Part shown: positions 57,738 through 64,000 of the stretch, piece by piece
Numbering within the stretch: the first letter of the stretch is position 1
Layout of the letters: every line of letters starts with the position of its first letter
Assembly: GCA_002269645.1 (NCBI GenBank)
Contig: NIVC01003743.1
Location: 1 to 64,000 of the forward strand
Length of the DNA stretch: 64,000 nt
From: Macrostomum lignano
Taxonomy: Eukaryota
Direction of reading: 5' to 3'
Notes under the pieces: generated by a model
The model's input: the letters and a program-made list of their open reading frames with translations, nothing else
Told to the model about the DNA's origin: nothing
Databases searched by the model: none
Made by a program: the position numbers and the translations under genes

Positions 57738-58410
57738 TTGGTGTCAGATGGCGCCAGACTAGTGTCAACAATTTGTGTCAGATGGCGCTAGATTAGTGTC
57801 AACTATTTGTGTCAGATGGCGCCAGATTAGTGTCAACTATTTGTGTCGATGGTGCCTGATTAGCGTCAACTATTTTTGTGTCAGATGGCGCCTGATTAGT
57901 GTCAACTATTTGTGTCAGATGGCGCTAAGTTAGTGGCAACTATTTGTGTCAGATGGCGCCAGATTAGTGTCAACTATTTGTGTCAGATGGCGCTAGATTA
58001 GTGTCAACTATTTGTGTCAGATGGCGCCAGATTAGTGTCAACTATTTGTGTCAGATGGCGCTAGATTAGTGTCAACTATTTGTGTCAGATGGCGCTAGAT
58101 TAGTGTCAACTATTTGTGTCAGATGGCGCCTGATTAGTGTCAACTATTTGTGTCAGATGGCGCTAGATTAGTGTCAACTATTTGTGTCAGATGGCGCCAG
58201 ATTAGTGTCAACTATTTGTGTCGATGGTGCCTGATTAGCGTCAACTATTTTTGTGTCAGATGGCGCCTGATTAGTGTCAACTATTTGTGTCAGATGGCGC
58301 TAAGTTAGTGGCAACTATTTGTGTCAGATGGCGCTAAGTTAGTGGCAACTATTTGTGTCAGATGGCGCTAAGTTAGTGTCAACTATTTGTGTCAGATGGC
58401 GCAAAATTAG
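57738..58410. repeat. 34-bp minisatellite with CAGATGGCGC core
   Basis: Unit GTCAGATGGCGC(C/T)AGATTAGTGTCAACTATTTGT, about 19 copies. Confidence 0.95.
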
Positions 58411-59913
58411 TGTCAGTGAGCTTTAGGCAAGGTGGTGTCATATATCTGCAGTGTACTACGGGTTTCAATGCTTGTAATGAATTAAATGTTAAATTGAACT
58501 GCAGTTCATGAATATTTTATTCGCTTTCAATGCTAAACTGACATACGCGATGCCCGCTACGCATACGTAAGTAGTATATACTGCAAGTGCTTGGTTTTTT
58601 CATTTCGGTTTTTTTAACGCGTTCGTTAAACTTGGGTTTCTAATTGTCCATTATTTAACTATGAATATGAATTATGATTGCACCTTCGAATTTGCAATTT
58701 GGATTTTTATTATTTTTGCGTAATTACACACACGTACGAATGCGGCTTGAAAGCGATGCTATTTTGTACTACTATAACTATTACTATAGTACTGGTGTAC
58801 TTTTGGAAGAGTTCAAATAAAAAGCTTCACCTTGCTGAGCGCAATCTTATTTAGCTATTTAATATGCATGTAAATTTGTAGCTTCAAATTATAAGTACAT
58901 CGATAAGTTTTCATTACATCGTGTGCGCGTATTCCTTTTTCATGAATTTGGAAGTTCAGTCATAGAGTTTAATCTTACAGTTCAAAGGCTTTGGTTTAGC
59001 AGTATAATTAACCGTAAGCTGCATGTATGCTACTTGAATGGGTCGTCTTGTACGAGCGTATCAACTTGTCTGCAAGTTCTAATTGCTAATTGCTCTTAGG
59101 CAAAGTTATTTAATTTTATTAATGCGAGTAAAAGACGTTCAATTTTTGCTTTTATACATGGCCTCTATATAAACGGATGTCTTCTATTTTCTTACTAGAC
59201 TTCGTACGATTACAAAATTAATGGTATATTTACCGCCAGAGTGGCAAAGGCCAGCCTTTTGGAACATGAAAATAATGTGCCGAAGCGAGAGTGCAATACG
59301 AAATATTTAGTTAGTTGTATATGGATGGGACGCATTTATTTCAAAGAAAAAAACAATTCGTGTTTAGCAAATTGCCGCGAGAACCTTTAGGTTAAGTCCC
59401 AGCAATTGCTTGGAGAAAAAATGCAGCAAACGATTATCGAGTGTTTTGAGTACAGTTTTGGGCAGATGAATATATACCGTTAGAAATAAGCGCGGCTCCG
59501 GACAGTGGTAATGTTACATGCAAATATACACAAGACCGTCTTTCTGTGCGAATGCGTCGCGAAATAAAAATTTTTTGCTGCTACCGGAAGGTCAAATAAG
59601 TTGCCTGCCGAGGATTATTACCTGCGAGTTGGGCTAAGAATTTACTCGTCGATATTAAACAATTGGGGTAATGCACGAGCAAGGTCGGGGCTCAATGAAC
59701 ATTGTTTAGGCTTTCATACAAGCAATGCCATTGGGGTGGGCAAATATCGGAGACGCGGATGGGAAGTCAAACTGGGCGGTTATAGAAAGTTTGCAGTCAG
59801 AGAGCGGCGAGCTGGTCAACCATTACGCATGCAATACTTCTATTTAAGTCTGCAGTCACCGGGTGTTTGAGAGTCGGCTTTCGAGTTGACCGGGGGGAGA
59901 GTGCCGCAGTTGC

Positions 59914-60324
59914 TTAGCAGCCTGGGTACATTGATTGCATCTGGGCGCACTGGCGTTGTCGCGACTGGCACATCATGGCGATCATCTGGTCGTCCTTGCG
60001 GTCCATCAGCTCCGCGCAGCGCTGCTTCCAGCACCTGGCCTGTTCGCGCCAGCGGCAAGCCTCGATCTTCCATTGCCTGGTGGACTCTCGACAGCGCATC
60101 GCCTCCGCCCGCCATTTGGCCAGCGCGTCGCGGGTTTTGCAGTATTCGCACTTCATTATGTTGGCCTGCTGGCGCCAATGGAAAGCTGTGCGAGTCATTT
60201 CGCAGAGCTGCTTCTGCAGTTTGACGGCCTCGGCGCGCCACTTTTCCCGGCTCCGCTTCCATCGGTGGATGCAGTCCTTCCAATTCGCGTCGCACCAATT
60301 GGGCGCGCAGCCATTGATGTTCAT
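59914..60324 (-). CDS. Orphan 136-aa Trp/Cys-rich heptad-repeat (coiled-coil) protein
   Basis: ATG...TAA ORF in a GC-rich island. Trp at residues 15, 22, 29, 50, 71, 85, 92 and 99, all in one 7-residue register. KWRAEA repeated 42 aa apart. The DNA itself is not repetitive. Confidence 0.75.
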   Translation of the reverse strand: MNINGCAPNWCDANWKDCIHRWKRSREKWRAEAVKLQKQLCEMTRTAFHWRQQANIMKCEYCKTRDALAKWRAEAMRCRESTRQWKIEACRWREQARCWKQRCAELMDRKDDQMIAMMCQSRQRQCAQMQSMYPGC

Positions 60325-60894
60325 TACTTCTTTGACGAACTCGCAGTCAAACTCGCATTAACGGTCGCTAAAAGCTGTTTAGCAGATCTTTTTTGCTCCC
60401 CTGGAATGAGCGAGCTGTTGCCGATCGATGGGTTGGGTAAAAGTCGTTGCTGCGCTGCGAGCGGGGCCGCTTTAGCCCGCTCCCTAGACTGAGCCTCGGG
60501 TTTCAGCCATAGACATGTTTTTAGCGTGCAGTCCTGGCTTACTGGTTGGGGCGAAGATCGAAGCCGAATACGCTATGGGTGTCAGTCCCGATCGTCTCAG
60601 ATAGCAAGCTTTAAAGCAACTCTAAGAATTTGGCAGCGAACGGCTGTCTGGTAACTTTCGTTTGTACTTTTATCAAAATACTCTGATGGGGCGGGACATC
60701 ACCACTGCGTTTATGTTAGCTGACAGACTGTCTGATGTGACTCAGACTTTTTATTGATATTTGAGGCCGGATTAATTCATGTACAGTGCGTTTTGGATTT
60801 ATAATAATTTCTGCCTATAAATCTCGTTATTAATTCTAGGAAATATATATAAATATTCTTTCTACACGTCTGTCTCTGAATTCTATAGACTGTG

Positions 60895-61480
60895 ATGGTC
60901 TGTGATTGACTGTGATGGACTGTGACGATGGACTGTGATGGACTGTGATAGACTGTGACGACGGACTGTGATAGACTGTGATGGATTGTGATGGACTGTG
61001 ATGGATTGTGATAGACTGTGATGGATTGTGATAGACTGTGGTAGACTGTGATAGACTGTGATGGACTGTGATGGACTGTGATGGACTTTGATGGACTGTG
61101 ATGGACTGTGATAGACTGTGATGGACTGTGGTAGACTGTGACGGACTGTGATGGACTGTGTTGGACTGTGATAGACTGTGATGGACTGTGATGGACTGTG
61201 ATGGACTGCGGTAGATTGTGACGGACTGTGATGGACTGTATTAATAGTCTGTGACGAACTGGTGATGGACTGGAGATGGACTGTGATGGACTGTGATAGA
61301 CTGTGATGGACTGTGGTAGACTGTGACGGACTGTGATGGACTGTGTTGGACTGTGATAGACTGTGATGGACTGTGATGGACTGTGATGGACTGCGGTAGA
61401 TTGTGACGGACTGTGATGGACTGTGATATACTGTGATGCACTGTGACGAACTGGTGATGGACTGATGGTGGATTGTGATG
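60895..61480. repeat. 10-bp minisatellite (CTGTGATGGA)n
   Basis: Direct reading. Confidence 0.95.
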
Positions 61481-64000
61481 GAGAGTGCGGCTTGCTGCCG
61501 TACACAGGCTAACGATCGCATGCACGAATTGACACCCCTTGGAAGCGCAGCGCGTGGATTGACCTGCATGGTGTGCTCGCGGCTGGTTCACGGTTTTGTC
61601 CAGCCGGTAGCCAAATGGATGATCTGATAGCAGCGGCAGCCTATTATAGAGTCGGTACATGCGCATCCACCGCAAAATTATTTAATATACGCAGAGGTAC
61701 ATGTACTGCATCTGCATGCATGAACTGATGCGCCACGCCTACTGACTGAGTTAAATACATTACTACGCATGCTTCTCGGCCCCTGGGCAGATCGAGTGTT
61801 TTTGGCCTGGTGCAGGTATTAAAAGGTACCGAGCAGACTGTGCCTGCAAGACACACCTGCACGACGCACAATGAGTGCTCTACCGTTCCGATTGAATTTT
61901 GTCAACTTCGCCTCAGCTAGTAGCTATAAATGTACATGTACCATAAATACGACCGTATAGCTTTAGATTGTGTTTGACAGGCCTGCAATCCTATGGATAA
62001 TTCTCGATTTCCTACACATGGTGTTCCTTTCGAACACATGCATTAAATGTCGTAAACAGTTAAAATGCAACAACTCTATGATAGACCTACATGTACATGT
62101 ACGCGAGAGCAAATAAAGGGGCCTTTTGAGCCAAGCAATTATTTGCGCCATGAAATTGAATTCAGTAGCACTACAGTTTTTGGCCTCCTTCAGTGCGACA
62201 AGCTGCACGTATGTGGCCTACTGTTCGATCATTGTTGGCCATATACATGTACATTGTAGCTAACGACACATACATGCACATGTATTACACATAGTCGTAA
62301 ATGTACATGCGTGTATATTCTATATACTCCGATTCACTCCGCTCTGTTGCTAGCTATTGAGTTATAGGCATAAACGTATGTACAACCATACCTCTATTAA
62401 CATTTATGTATATTACTACACACGCAATTGTCCATATGCAACTGCAGACAACGTACATACATAGCTGTATGTTTTAGAGCTGAAATCGATCATAAAAAGA
62501 TAATTTTAATTTTCTCGTAATAAACTTTCTGATCGATCGAAATTTATTCACACTGCAACAACATGTGGCTTTCATGATAAATGTATTGTTCAAGGACCAC
62601 TGCAAAGTTACCGATTGTACAAGTACAGCCGCGTAAAATGTTTCGTCAGACAGCTAGTATAGTGATGAGTTTCAATTGAACAAAGCGCAGACAAGAGTTG
62701 CAGTTAATTTTGATATTGAGGTTCAAACGGCATTTTATAATATTTTTTTAATTCTAGCCTTCGCCGGTCGTGGACACAGCTGCATGACATGAGATCGGCA
62801 ATGCAATGCGATATTTTGAGCTGGAGTTGGATTGAGCATCAGAGTATGTAATTTTTTATCTGCATTATTTTTATGTTGCATTATTTTTGCGTTTTCTGAA
62901 TTTTAAGTAAATGATTTCATGGGCTCCACGAAGCATTTTCAATTAAACATGCAATAAGAGATACAGTACTTTGTTATACGACTAACTCTGTTTCTTGTAA
63001 AAAAGCTCGAGCTCACATTGCAGATTGATGTTGATTCGATCGATAAAATGTAACTTAATCGATAAAGTTGTCGACAACAACACGAACATGTATAACTGTA
63101 TTTAATTTAACAATGCTAATGTTATCCGCTTTGTTGTTTACTCGCGTTTTTAGACCTACTTGTTAGCCTTATAAATCGTAGGGCTACGTTGCAGTTTGTT
63201 TTGCGACTCTAGATTTATTTGTTTGGGCGTAGGCCTAGACTTTATCGAGGATTTGAGCCTAAGCCTAACTTTTTCTGCATGTTAATAAGCCTTAGTAGGG
63301 CTTTCCATATGCCTAATATGGAAAATGCTATTTACACAGAAGTTTCTAGAATGAAATTTTTATATTAATACAGTACAGAAAGTTAGCAAAGGTCAATACA
63401 AGGTCACTACAAAGTACAATGACTAATTCAGTAATAGGAATTTTGGTAACAGCCACTTTGACTTTGGTAACAAGTGAGAATAACAGCTGTATTAATTAAT
63501 AGGCTCAAAAAATCTCAAGAAAGTTTCATAGAAAGAATAATAAAAAATAATTAAGATTAATCTATTATATGTATTATATCATATATAATATATAGCCTAG
63601 GCCCTATATTATAATTTTGATTTCTGGCAATCTAGGTAGGCCTATGCCAACTGCACTTTAGTAGTACTTTTGCTAAATTCTCTTTGTTTTCAAATTTTCC
63701 CCAAGGAAAGTTAATGTGTGAGTATAAACAAAGGCCTTCTTGAACTTTAGGTACATAAAATACTTCCAATTTTCCATTTTTTTGAAAATTTTGTTAGAGT
63801 CCTAAAGGCTGTCCAAAATGATAATAAAGAAAAAAAACTGCAAAAAATTACCCTCAAAGGTAACAGGAGGTTGATTTGTACATCTCTTATATAACTAATG
63901 TTAATTTGATCCAAGCAGTTTCGGAGAATTGTGTGTTTGAAAGTTGAACTTATTTTAGAATCATAACTTTCTAATGTAAATATTTTCTAAAATTTGATGA

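Noticed and set aside
59840-60492. Overlapping ORFs 59840-60298 (-), 59886-60224, 59935-60492 and 59975-60361 (+)
   Set aside because: No motif or periodicity. They are shadows of the GC-rich heptad ORF.
61480-61650. GC-rich island that might be an exon
   Set aside because: No consistent splice sites or recognisable peptide in any frame.

Overview
Eukaryotic, intron-containing animal DNA. The GC-rich Q/A-rich exons, AT-rich spacers and minisatellite-filled introns resemble a macrostomid flatworm such as Macrostomum lignano; this is an inference from style, not a database result. Six co-oriented + strand genes can be spliced in frame through GT-AG sites: a long PCNP-domain protein, a klumpfuss/EGR-type C2H2 factor, USP22/nonstop, DUS4L, AMPK alpha and an alpha-arrestin. 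One small - strand ORF encodes a Trp/Cys-rich heptad protein. Most introns and spacers carry their own tandem array (units 3-94 bp). There are also many non-autonomous transposons (mariner, two hAT-type, EnSpm/CMC, MULE/foldback, Helitron-like, a CCAAT-array MITE), two tRNA-derived SINE families and a decayed RTE-type LINE. Most unusual signals: (1) three dispersed 50-65 bp copies of the ultraconserved 28S rRNA segment that is the R2 / I-PpoI target, each with the target core substituted or deleted, one inside an intact hAT MITE; (2) an orphan 136-aa protein with Trp locked to a heptad register; (3) a probable intronic inversion that split a SINE; (4) a nuclear-receptor element cluster with a perfect DR4 in the klu-like intron; (5) an arrestin tail with all three ESCRT late-domain motif types. 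All alignments were done by eye and coordinates of degenerate elements are approximate.
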